Below are positions 10,512-18,905 of a stretch of DNA of 64,000 nt, piece after piece. Position numbers and translations under genes: made by a program. The notes beneath the pieces were generated by a model. It did not search any database. It worked only from the letters and a program-made list of their open reading frames with translations, and was not told the DNA's origin. The number at the start of each line of letters is the position of its first letter. The stretch's first letter is position 1. This stretch comes from an uncultured delta proteobacterium (GTDB lineage Bacteria > Myxococcota_A > Polyangia > Polyangiales > Polyangiaceae). The stretch spans positions 448,001-512,000 of the forward strand of contig CAWDXG010000001.1 of NCBI GenBank assembly GCA_963806225.1. The letters run 5' to 3'.

Positions 10512-12445
10512 CGTCCCGTCTCCCACCAGTTGGTCGCCGGCGGCGTCCGGAGGGCATTGCTTCCGCAGTGCACCTCGCCGTCCAGGCGGTGGTAAAGCCC
10601 CCAGTCCTCGATGAAGTGCACGTTGATGCCGTGCGCCTTGAAGGTCTGGGTCATCTCGTCGGCAAAGATGTCCTTGCCGTCTATCACCGGGCCATGCGGC
10701 GCCGGAGGGCCGAAATCCGAGTCGCCCAGCACGATGCCGTTCACCGTGCCCGGCTGGTAGGCTACCTCGTAGCCCTGCGTCTTCTGGTGCAGGAACGGCA
10801 CGCGGATGATTTCGCTGTCCGTGATGCCCGTCTCCTTCTTCAGCGTCGCGAGCTGGGAGTCGATCTCCGTGGCTGCTTCAGCGCTGGAGGACATCACCTC
10901 GGTGTCCGCCAGCACCTGATCGATCGTGATGTCGGCCGCCACGTTGTTGTAGTTCTGGTCCAGCCAGTACTCGCCCTGGAACATCACCGCGTCGCCGTGC
11001 CCGGCGGCGGAAGCGTCCTCCAGCATCTTCTTCGCGAGCGCCGGGTCGTTGATGACGAGCGCCCAGCCGCGCGGCGTGTTCGCCTTGACGAAGCTGACCG
11101 TCTCGTCCACGTGCCCGACCAGCAGCCACGAGGTATCGATGTCGACGCGCGGCTGCATCGCCTGCGCGTCGATCATCTTCTCGAAGGTCGGGTCCGGCGC
11201 GAAGCTCGGCACGCTGCCGCGGAACACCCGCCCGAGCGGGTAGCTCTTGCCGCCGAAATCGTAGGGCGGAATCGTTTCCAGGTTGCCGAAGGAGTTCAGC
11301 GAGTCCGAGCTCTGGTCGTGCTTGATGTCGAACTGCTGGATGCCCGCCATGTCCTTGCCGCGGAACTGCGTGAACACCACGCGCCCGGCGGGCCTGAGCG
11401 GGTTGTCGGGCTTGGTCGGGCTGAACACGTTCGCCGATCGGTAGAACGTGCGGATGATGTGCGGCTTGTCGCCCGGCCCCGGCATGCTCATGCTGCCGGT
11501 CTCGAAGTAGTCCTGCGTCCACTGGTCGCCGTCCGGAGGGTTCACCTCCACCAACGGCTGCGACACGCCGGCCTGCTGCGCCGCCTGGCTCAACTGCTGG
11601 CGGAATATCGTGGAATCCAGGTCGCCCGGCACGTTGGTCGCGTACACCTGCTCGGGAGCATCCAGGTTCGTGCTGGTGATGACCGGTGCGACGCGCATGC
11701 GGACCACGTCGCTCTGGTCGATCTGCTCCGCTGGAGCCGTCACGTGAAGGGTCACGTCGACGTAGCCGTCCCAGACCGCCGGGTCGCGCACGATGTCGCG
11801 CGCCTCGATGCGGAGGTCCAGCCCCTTCCTCAGTGACGCGGCGGGCAGGGCGTCGCCCGTTGCGAGCACCTTGTAGTTCTTGCCGCTGCCGTCTCCGGCG
11901 AAGAGCCGCACGTGGTCCTTGGCCGGAGCGGACAGCTCGATGTGCCCCACGGCGTCGTCGGGTGCGTCCGGGTACGGGACGCTCTTCAGCGGCGCGAGGT
12001 CGAGCAGGTCGTCCGCTCCGTTGATCACCTCGTCGGCGGCGTCGTTACATTTGGCCAGCTCGATGTCGGAGAGGTCCTTGCCCTGCGCGTCCTTCGTCGG
12101 GCACTTGTGCTGGTCGTCGTCGATGTTGGCGAGGAAGATCGCGCCGTGCTTCTCGTCCCACGTGTCCTCGCCCTGGTCCTCCGTCGGATCGTCGAGGTCC
12201 ACCGTCCCGTTGCGATTCACGTCGGCTCGCAGATCGACGATCGCCTGCGCGCCGCTGCCGCCGGACCCGGCAGCTCCGCCAGCTGCGCCTCCGCTGCCGC
12301 CGCCCTGGTCGCTCGAGCTGCAGGCGCTCGCCAGCACAAGAACGCCGAGGCCGGCCAGGACGCCGCCGCGCGCCAGAAGGGGCCACACGTGCGCGCCGGT
12401 TCGCGCCTCGGAATCCGGATTCGGTGCGGTACGCCAGATCATCAC
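10508..12445 (-). CDS. Protein-arginine deiminase (PAD family), predicted lipoprotein
   Basis: Motifs DQWTQD, SLNSFGNLE, WLLVGHVDE and GEVHCGSN match PAD catalytic Asp/His/Asp/Cys. GAIFLANIDDD resembles the PAD middle domain. Lipobox-like VLASAC is followed by a Gly/Ser linker. Exact start uncertain. Confidence 0.9.
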   Translation of the reverse strand: MMIWRTAPNPDSEARTGAHVWPLLARGGVLAGLGVLVLASACSSSDQGGGSGGAAGGAAGSGGSGAQAIVDLRADVNRNGTVDLDDPTEDQGEDTWDEKHGAIFLANIDDDQHKCPTKDAQGKDLSDIELAKCNDAADEVINGADDLLDLAPLKSVPYPDAPDDAVGHIELSAPAKDHVRLFAGDGSGKNYKVLATGDALPAASLRKGLDLRIEARDIVRDPAVWDGYVDVTLHVTAPAEQIDQSDVVRMRVAPVITSTNLDAPEQVYATNVPGDLDSTIFRQQLSQAAQQAGVSQPLVEVNPPDGDQWTQDYFETGSMSMPGPGDKPHIIRTFYRSANVFSPTKPDNPLRPAGRVVFTQFRGKDMAGIQQFDIKHDQSSDSLNSFGNLETIPPYDFGGKSYPLGRVFRGSVPSFAPDPTFEKMIDAQAMQPRVDIDTSWLLVGHVDETVSFVKANTPRGWALVINDPALAKKMLEDASAAGHGDAVMFQGEYWLDQNYNNVAADITIDQVLADTEVMSSSAEAATEIDSQLATLKKETGITDSEIIRVPFLHQKTQGYEVAYQPGTVNGIVLGDSDFGPPAPHGPVIDGKDIFADEMTQTFKAHGINVHFIEDWGLYHRLDGEVHCGSNALRTPPATNWWETGR

Positions 12446-12578
12446 CGGGCCTCGCAGGATAACGCGCGAATCCGGGAAAGCCGGAGCTTGGCGCGCGGGG
12501 GAGGATACAGGCTGGCGCGTGTAGCATGGATCCGCCAGCCCCGGGGACTCGATCGGGACCAGGCGGATTCCCCGAGGA

Positions 12579-14945
12579 CTATTCGCGCGTCTTCAGCGCG
12601 CCGATCAAGTCGAGCCGGTCGAGGTGCCGGCGCACGAGCAGCGCGCTGCCCAGCGCCGCAACGAAGGTGATCAGGACGGCGCTGGCGTAGGTCTTGAGCG
12701 AAATCACCACCGGTAGGCGGAAGCGTTCGGGGTCGATCGTGCCCGCGATGCCGTGTGACATCCACGTGCCCACCAAGAGCCCGATCGGGATGGCCAGCAC
12801 GACCTGTACCGCCATCTCGCCAAGCAGGATGGCCGAGATTTCCGCGCGCGTGAAACCCAGCACCCGCAGGCTGGCCAGATCACGGCTGCGGATGGACACG
12901 GCGACGCGCGCGTTGTTGTACACGACGCCGACCGCGATGGTGGCTGCGAACAACGTCAGGATCAGCGTCATGAAGACGACGGTCTCGTCCATCTGCTTCT
13001 GGATGCTGGCGACCGCGGCCTCCTTGCTGCTCACGCTGGCAACGCGCGGCATCTGTTGCAGGCGGTCCTCGACGTTCTCGAGGCGCGACGGATCGACCCG
13101 GAGTGCCACGCTGGAGACGGCCGGTTCTTCATCGAACAGCCGGGAGAGCGCGGAAAGGCGCATGTGTCCTTGCAGGCCGAACATCTCGTCGACCAGACCG
13201 CTGACGTGCACGCGGTAGTGCTCGCGGTTGCCCTCGCGCTTCTCGATGGTGACGGAGTCGCCCGGGTGGATCCCGAGCAGCTCTCCGAGCTTCTTCGTGA
13301 GTAGCACGCCGTCCGCTGGCAGCGGCGCGACCCGACCGTGGCTGTCGAGCACGCGCCGGAGCTCGATCCCGTCCGGATAGCCGTTGATGACCGCATCGCG
13401 CGCCAGGTGTCCGGCGCGGATCCGCACCGGAACCGAGCGCAGGCCCTCGGCACGCTCCACGCCGGGCAGCATCGCGATCTCGTGCACTACGCGTTGGGGT
13501 ACCGGGTCGGTGAAATCGGCGGAGAGGTTGTCGCGCATGGCGTGCCGGAACTGGACGTCCAGCAGGTAGTCGACCGCGTCGACGTTGAAGCGGCCGACCA
13601 CGAGGATGCCCACGGCCATGGCAATGCCGAGTGCGGAAAGCAGCGTGCGCAGCGGGCGCCGCTCGATCTCGCGCAGGATCATGCGCTCGGTCGGCCCTAC
13701 CAGCCGGTGCAGGCCGATCCGCTCGAGCAGCGTGCGGTGGTAGGTGCCCGGAGGCGGGGGTTGCATCGCTTCCGCGGGCGGCAGCGAGGCGACGTGGCGC
13801 ACGGAGGCCATGGCCCCGACCACGCCCGCCGCGAGGCTGATCGCGGTCGCGGCCGCGGCCGTGTGGGGTTCGAGCCGGTAGCTGAGCGCCGGGAATCCGA
13901 AGACCGACGCGTACAGTCCGGTCAATAGTGTGCCCAGCCAGGCCCCGAGCGCGATCCCCAGTGTCGAGCCGAACAGCACGATCACGCTCACCATCAAGAG
14001 GTAGTGCAGCCCCACGGCCGCGTTCGAGTAGCCGAGGGCCTTGAGTGACGCGATCTGGCTGCGCTGCAGATGCACCAGGCGGGCCAGCACGACGTTCAGG
14101 ACGAAGGCGGCAACGCCGAGGAAAATCAGCGGGACCACCGTGGCCATGCTCTCGAGCTGCTGCATCTCGCCGTTGAGGATGTACTCGGACATCTGCTTGT
14201 CACGACCGATTGCGCCGAACGTGCCGTAGGGCTCGAGCAGGCGGTCCAGCCTGTCGAGCACCTCGGCCCGGGACGCGCCGGGCTGCAGACGCAGCACCAC
14301 GTCGTTGAAGGCTCCTTCCATCTGGAAGGCAGGCGCGACAGCCTTCCTGTCCATCCAGATCGCCGCGAACCGCGACTCGTCCATGCCAAGGCCCGACGGG
14401 GGCACGTAGTAGATGAACTCCGGAGACGCCGCCGTTCCCACGATCCGGAGCCTGCGCAGCGTGCCGTTGATCACGACCGGAAGCCGGTCGCCGGGGCCGA
14501 GGTGGTGGTTCTTCGCGAATTTCTCGAGCAGCAGGACCTCGTCGGGGTGCCCCGCCTCGGGCATGCGCCCCGAGCGCAAGTGGACGGCGTCGAGCGGTTC
14601 CTCCTGGCCCGCCCGGATCGACACGATCTGTCCGATAGGAGGCTGCTCCGCGTCGCCGAGGGGCAGGCGTACGTTCTCGACCACCCGCGTGTAGACCTGC
14701 GCGACGCCAGGGAGCGCCTCGATCCGCTCGCGGACCGACTCGGGGGCGCGCTTGAGGTGGACGAACACGTCGCCGAAGCGATAGTCGCGGTAGTAGCTCA
14801 CCTTGGAGAGCTGGAGCGAGCTCCAGGTGCTCTGCAGGGCGACGTAGCTTGCAACTCCGGCTGCCACGATCAGCGCGATCGTGATGACCTGGCCCCGGAG
14901 TAGCGCCAGGTCGCGCAGGAGCTTGCGATGGATCGCCGCGACCAT
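12579..14945 (-). CDS. ABC transporter permease, duplicated FtsX/MacB-type (~788 aa)
   Basis: Starts IHRKLLRDL. Two FtsX halves (QIASLKALGYS; RDLASLRVLGFTRAEI). Ends LDLIGALKTRE. Confidence 0.9.
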   Translation of the reverse strand: MVAAIHRKLLRDLALLRGQVITIALIVAAGVASYVALQSTWSSLQLSKVSYYRDYRFGDVFVHLKRAPESVRERIEALPGVAQVYTRVVENVRLPLGDAEQPPIGQIVSIRAGQEEPLDAVHLRSGRMPEAGHPDEVLLLEKFAKNHHLGPGDRLPVVINGTLRRLRIVGTAASPEFIYYVPPSGLGMDESRFAAIWMDRKAVAPAFQMEGAFNDVVLRLQPGASRAEVLDRLDRLLEPYGTFGAIGRDKQMSEYILNGEMQQLESMATVVPLIFLGVAAFVLNVVLARLVHLQRSQIASLKALGYSNAAVGLHYLLMVSVIVLFGSTLGIALGAWLGTLLTGLYASVFGFPALSYRLEPHTAAAATAISLAAGVVGAMASVRHVASLPPAEAMQPPPPGTYHRTLLERIGLHRLVGPTERMILREIERRPLRTLLSALGIAMAVGILVVGRFNVDAVDYLLDVQFRHAMRDNLSADFTDPVPQRVVHEIAMLPGVERAEGLRSVPVRIRAGHLARDAVINGYPDGIELRRVLDSHGRVAPLPADGVLLTKKLGELLGIHPGDSVTIEKREGNREHYRVHVSGLVDEMFGLQGHMRLSALSRLFDEEPAVSSVALRVDPSRLENVEDRLQQMPRVASVSSKEAAVASIQKQMDETVVFMTLILTLFAATIAVGVVYNNARVAVSIRSRDLASLRVLGFTRAEISAILLGEMAVQVVLAIPIGLLVGTWMSHGIAGTIDPERFRLPVVISLKTYASAVLITFVAALGSALLVRRHLDRLDLIGALKTRE

Positions 14946-14960
14946 CCGGCAAGGCTGCCA

Positions 14961-14977
14961 CGCAGTTTCCATGCCTG
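14961..14977 (-). promoter_or_regulatory. Candidate sigma54 -24/-12 promoter for the ABC permease
   Basis: Minus strand CAGGCATGGAAACTGCG has GG-N10-GC spacing, just upstream of the ATG at 14945. Confidence 0.4.
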
Positions 14978-15111
14978 GGGGAAGGCGGCGCGCCCGGGGC
15001 TGATCGGCGAGGCCCCGGGGAGCTTCCGCGGCGGACGGCTCGCAGCACTTGCGCGTGGTGGGCACCGGGCGCAGGTCTTGCCGACCTGGGCGAGGGCCCC
15101 GCGCCTCTGGA

Positions 15112-15414
15112 TCAACCCGACCTGAGGGCGCGCGCCTCGTCACCGCACGCCCAGGTCACGCAGGCGCGCTGGGCGACCACCAGCACGTGCCCCAGCGAGC
15201 CCTCGAGGGTCGAGACAAGGCGCCGGCCCCGCTTGCCGGAGCGGTACAGCTCGAGGCGCCAGAGATGGGGGCCGAGGCGCTGGAGGGTGAGCTCTGTCAC
15301 CCCCACTTGTCGGTCGGTCCCGGCGCCGGTTGCGTTGATCCTGCGCGCCTGTCCAGGGGCCCGGTGGGGGAACAGCCCTGGCCGACCGAGCGTTCGAGCC
15401 GATGTGCAATCCAT
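15112..15414 (-). CDS. Possible small hypothetical protein
   Basis: Fills an otherwise empty gap. The C-terminal half (VTELTLQRLGPHLWRLELYRSG...) looks protein-like, but no motif was recognised. Confidence 0.25.
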   Translation of the reverse strand: MDCTSARTLGRPGLFPHRAPGQARRINATGAGTDRQVGVTELTLQRLGPHLWRLELYRSGKRGRRLVSTLEGSLGHVLVVAQRACVTWACGDEARALRSG

Positions 15415-15429
15415 GGCAGGCTCGACCAC

Positions 15430-15648
15430 ATGAGCTTCGACCCGGCCACGCTCCTCATGTCGCTGCTGGTCAGCTCGGTGGGATTCGTGCTGCTCGTCTA
15501 CGGGAAGAAGCAGGCGCGCGTGCCGCACCTTGCGGTCGGCATCGTGCTCGTGATCTATCCGTTCTTCATCAAGAGCGCGCTCTTGATGGCGCTGATCGGA
15601 GCGGCGCTGATCGGCCTGTTGATCGGCGCGGTCCGGCTTGGCTGGTAG
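15430..15648 (+). CDS. Small (72 aa) hydrophobic membrane protein
   Basis: MSFDPATLLMSLLVSSVGFVLLVYGKKQ...YPFF has 2-3 TM helices and a YGKKQ..YPFF pattern typical of a widespread small membrane protein family. Confidence 0.75.
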   Translation: MSFDPATLLMSLLVSSVGFVLLVYGKKQARVPHLAVGIVLVIYPFFIKSALLMALIGAALIGLLIGAVRLGW

Positions 15649-15663
15649 CGCCGGGCCCCCGGT

Positions 15664-16554
15664 CTAGAACAGACCGGTCAGTGCGAGTCCGGTGCCGTCG
15701 CTGCCTGGCCGCACGACGCCGATCCAGACCGGAGGTCGCCCGGTGCGCAGTCGATGCAGTGCGGGGACCAGCGTGCCGATGCCTCCGCCTACCGCGGCTC
15801 CGGCGAGCACGTCGGTGGGGAAATGGGCTGCAGCCCGCACGCGCTCGTAGCCGACGAAGCCCGTCAGTAGCGTCCCCGCGATCAGCGTGATCCAGCCACG
15901 CGTGCTGCTGCGGGAGCGCGCGAACGCCAGGTACGTCGCCGTGGCGGACAGCGCGGCCGTCTCCGCGGTGTGCCCAGAGAAGAACGAAAGCGAGCTGTCG
16001 GTGCCGGGGTTGGCCGGATAGGGTTTTCCCTGTGCGGCGAGCTGATCGCGCTCGCGGTAGGTCCTCGGCCGCGGCCGGCGGACCGCGATCTTGACCAGAT
16101 TGGCGGTCGCGAAGGTGATGCCGGCGCTCTCCGCATACAGGATCCCGTCGAGCAGCGCTGCCTTCCGGCCGTCGGAGAAGCCGGTGAAGATCGTGTCGCC
16201 CAGCGCATACGCGCCGGCCACACCCACGCCGATCCCGGAAATCGTGGAGGCGTGCGGATCCACCGACTGCGTGACCGCCACGCGATCGAACGACAGCAGG
16301 CGATCGGTACTGCCCGGCGCCTGCGGATCGAGTTCTCCCGTCGAGATAACCGCCTGGGAGAGCGCGCCGAATCCGAGGCTGAGGCCGAGGGTGGCGATGT
16401 CGGTGACCGGATCGGCCTTGAAGCGGGCGGTGTCGCGCGCGGTCGGCGCCGCGTCTGGCGTCGCGCGCGGTGGCTCCGCGCGGGCCGTGAAGCCGGCCGA
16501 AAGAAGGCTCGAGAACGCGGCGGCGGCCAGACCCCTTGGACCCGGGTGAAGCAT
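15664..16554 (-). CDS. PAP2-family (phosphatidic acid phosphatase-like) protein
   Basis: Motifs KIAVRRPRP (C1), SFFSGHT (C2) and ERVRAAAHFPTDVLAG (C3). Start uncertain. Confidence 0.9.
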   Translation of the reverse strand: MLHPGPRGLAAAAFSSLLSAGFTARAEPPRATPDAAPTARDTARFKADPVTDIATLGLSLGFGALSQAVISTGELDPQAPGSTDRLLSFDRVAVTQSVDPHASTISGIGVGVAGAYALGDTIFTGFSDGRKAALLDGILYAESAGITFATANLVKIAVRRPRPRTYRERDQLAAQGKPYPANPGTDSSLSFFSGHTAETAALSATATYLAFARSRSSTRGWITLIAGTLLTGFVGYERVRAAAHFPTDVLAGAAVGGGIGTLVPALHRLRTGRPPVWIGVVRPGSDGTGLALTGLF

Positions 16555-16596
16555 CGACTCACTTGTTCGCGAGCCGGAAGCTGCTGTCAACCAGCT

Positions 16597-16935
16597 CTAG
16601 CGCGCCCAGGCCGGTTCGACGGCGATCCCCACCGAGTCGATCACGTCGCCCTGGTCCCGGGCGTTGTTGTTTTCGCCGTCCGTGCCGCTCGTGTGGATCG
16701 TGCGCATGGCGAGTTGGGCCAGCGCCAGCGCCGGGTTTTCCAGCTCTGTCCGACGGCCCCGGAGCACGACCGTCACCTGGACGGTGTCGTCCTCCTCGCC
16801 TCCGGAATCGTCCGTACAACCTCGGGCCGGTTCGTCGGGAACTTCGAACTCGGCGAAGCACTCGGACGGATCAACCTGGGGAGCGCGCGTCGCGGAATTG
16901 TCGGGCCGCTCGCGCATCCTGATGGCGACTCTCAT
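16597..16935 (-). CDS. Orphan hypothetical protein (112 aa), acidic
   Basis: Strong SD (AAGAGGAG) upstream of the ATG at 16935 and a sigma54-type promoter further upstream. No family recognised. Confidence 0.6.
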   Translation of the reverse strand: MRVAIRMRERPDNSATRAPQVDPSECFAEFEVPDEPARGCTDDSGGEEDDTVQVTVVLRGRRTELENPALALAQLAMRTIHTSGTDGENNNARDQGDVIDSVGIAVEPAWAR

Positions 16936-17003
16936 CGACTGTTTGCTCCTCTTGCCGGGTGTGGGTCGGTGGGGTGCCCCTGGCGTCCCCGGAGCCTGGC
17001 CTT

Positions 17004-17020
17004 TGCAGTCTCCGTACCAA
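17004..17020 (-). promoter_or_regulatory. Sigma54 -24/-12 promoter
   Basis: Minus strand TTGGTACGGAGACTGCA versus consensus TGGCACG-N4-TTGCW, with exact GG-N10-GC spacing. Confidence 0.65.
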
Positions 17021-17230
17021 CCCAGGGCCCTGGAGCCCCGGACGCGCCACAGTGCTGCGTTTTCGCGCTCATGGCGATCACCGGGAGCCCTGGGCGCAGC
17101 GGGAGCGAGCGCGCAGCGTGGCAGGATTCCACGCAGCGGCTGCGCCGAGGGGCTGTCGACCTCGATTCCAGGGCGCGGAACTGCGGCCTTGGCGGCGGTT
17201 GGGGCGCATCTGGGGCCGGACCGCCCCCAA

Positions 17231-17325
17231 GCGTGGGGAAATGCCACGTATTCCGTGGCGATTCTGTGCCTTGGGCTGCTAGGCGCGTGACAAATTGCCG
17301 CGAGTGGCGTGGCAATTTGCCACGC
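17231..17325. promoter_or_regulatory. Array of palindromic enhancer-like (bEBP UAS) sites
   Basis: GCGTGGGGAAATGCCACGT (17231), partial CCGTGGCGATT (17253), GCGTGACAAATTGCCGCGA (17285) and the perfect palindrome GCGTGGCAATTTGCCACGC (17307). Spacing within each pair is 22 bp. Confidence 0.65.
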
Positions 17326-17326
17326 A

Positions 17327-18685
17327 TCACGACAATCCGTAGCGATCGAGCTTGCGGTAGAGCGTCCTGCGGTCGAAGCCGAGGAGCTTCGCCGCCTGGG
17401 TCTTGTTGCCCGCGACGGCCTTGAGCACGCGCTGGATGTAGCGCCGCTCGACCTCGTTCATGTTGAGTAGGTCGCTCGGGTCGTCGCTGGCCACCACCAC
17501 GTGCGAGCTCTGGTAGTTCCGGATCTTCTCCGGCAGGTCCTCGACCGTGATCTGGTCGAAGCGCGTGAGGGCCACGGCGCGCTCCATGCAGTTCTCCAGC
17601 TCGCGCACGTTGCCCGGCCACTCGTAGCCGAGCAGCTTCTCGGCTGCGGCGCTGACCAGACCGACGACGTTCTTGTTCGAACGCGACGCCGCGCGCTCGA
17701 TGAAGTGCTGGGCGAGCAGCAGCACGTCGTTGCCCCGGGCCCGGAGCGGCGGCACCTCCACGCGGACGACGTTGATCCGGTAGTACAGGTCCTCGCGGAA
17801 CTTCTTCTCGGAAACCTCGGTTTCCAGATCGCGATTGGTGGCCGTCACCAGCCGTGCATCGAACGCCAGCTCGCTGTTGCCGCCGACGGGTCGCACCTTC
17901 CGCTCCTGCAGCGAGCGCAAGAGCTTCGGCTGCATTCCGAGCGGCAGCTCGGCCACCTCGTCGAGGAACAGCGTGCCGCCGCTGGCCTGGATGAACAGGC
18001 CGGCCCGCGACTGGCGCGCGTCGGTGAACGCGCCTTTGGCGTGACCGAAAAGCTCGCTTTCCAGCAGTGTTTCCGGCACTGCGGCGCAGTTGACGGCGAC
18101 GAAAGGCCCGCTGCTGCGCGCGCTGCGGGCATGCAGCGCCTTGGCGACGAGCTCCTTGCCCGTTCCGCTCTCGCCGGTGATGAGCACGTTGGCGTCGCTG
18201 TCGGCAACGCGAGTGACAAGGTCGTTGACCTTCCGCATCGCGGCGCTGCTGCCGATCATGTCGTCGAACTGGCGGGTCGCGTCCACCGCCTCGCGCAGCC
18301 GCTTGACCTCTTCCTTGAGCGAGCGATGCTGCACGGCACGTTCCACCACCAGCGCCAGGGCGTCCATCTCCACCGGTTTCGTGATGAAGTCGTAGGCGCC
18401 GGCGCGGATGGCACCGACGGCCGTTTCCATACTGCCGAAAGCGGTCACGACGACAACCGGGATGTCGGGACGGCTCGAGACGATGCGCTCGCACAACTCG
18501 AGGCCGTTCATGTCCCGCATGTTCAGGTCGGTGAGCACCGCATCGAACTCCTGCCCGTCCAGGAGGCGGAAGCCCTCGTCGGCGGAAGTCCGCCACTCGG
18601 TCTCGAAGCCCTTGTGCGAAAGTGACTCGTCGATGAGCTCGCACATGCTCTGGTCATCATCGATGATCAGGACTCGGCCGTTCAT
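17327..18685 (-). CDS. Sigma54-dependent response regulator (NtrC/AtoC-type bEBP: REC-AAA+-Fis HTH)
   Basis: REC (VLIIDDD, TDLNM, FITKP), Walker A GESGTGKE, ESELFGHAKGAFTDA, LFLDEV, WPGNVRELEN, and HTH GNKTQAAKLLGFDRRTLYRKL. Confidence 0.95.
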   Translation of the reverse strand: MNGRVLIIDDDQSMCELIDESLSHKGFETEWRTSADEGFRLLDGQEFDAVLTDLNMRDMNGLELCERIVSSRPDIPVVVVTAFGSMETAVGAIRAGAYDFITKPVEMDALALVVERAVQHRSLKEEVKRLREAVDATRQFDDMIGSSAAMRKVNDLVTRVADSDANVLITGESGTGKELVAKALHARSARSSGPFVAVNCAAVPETLLESELFGHAKGAFTDARQSRAGLFIQASGGTLFLDEVAELPLGMQPKLLRSLQERKVRPVGGNSELAFDARLVTATNRDLETEVSEKKFREDLYYRINVVRVEVPPLRARGNDVLLLAQHFIERAASRSNKNVVGLVSAAAEKLLGYEWPGNVRELENCMERAVALTRFDQITVEDLPEKIRNYQSSHVVVASDDPSDLLNMNEVERRYIQRVLKAVAGNKTQAAKLLGFDRRTLYRKLDRYGLS

Positions 18686-18856
18686 GCGTCTAGCCTCTGC
18701 AGTTCGTGTTGGGGATTGTCGGGAAGGGGCTGTGCGGGCAGCGGGGGACCGGGCGCGTCGGCCTCGGTTGTCACGTAACCACGCGAATCCGGGTGCGCAT
18801 CCTCCACCGTCCGGGGCCGCCCCGTCCAGGCCGGGATACTCTCGGTCGCCCACGGT

Positions 18857-18873
18857 AGCAAGCGTCGTGCCGG
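18857..18873 (-). promoter_or_regulatory. Sigma54 -24/-12 promoter upstream of the bEBP gene
   Basis: Minus strand CCGGCACGACGCTTGCT is near-consensus with GG-N10-GC spacing. Confidence 0.75.
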
Positions 18874-18905
18874 TCAATCGAACGAGCGGCCAGAGCCGCG
18901 GTCCG

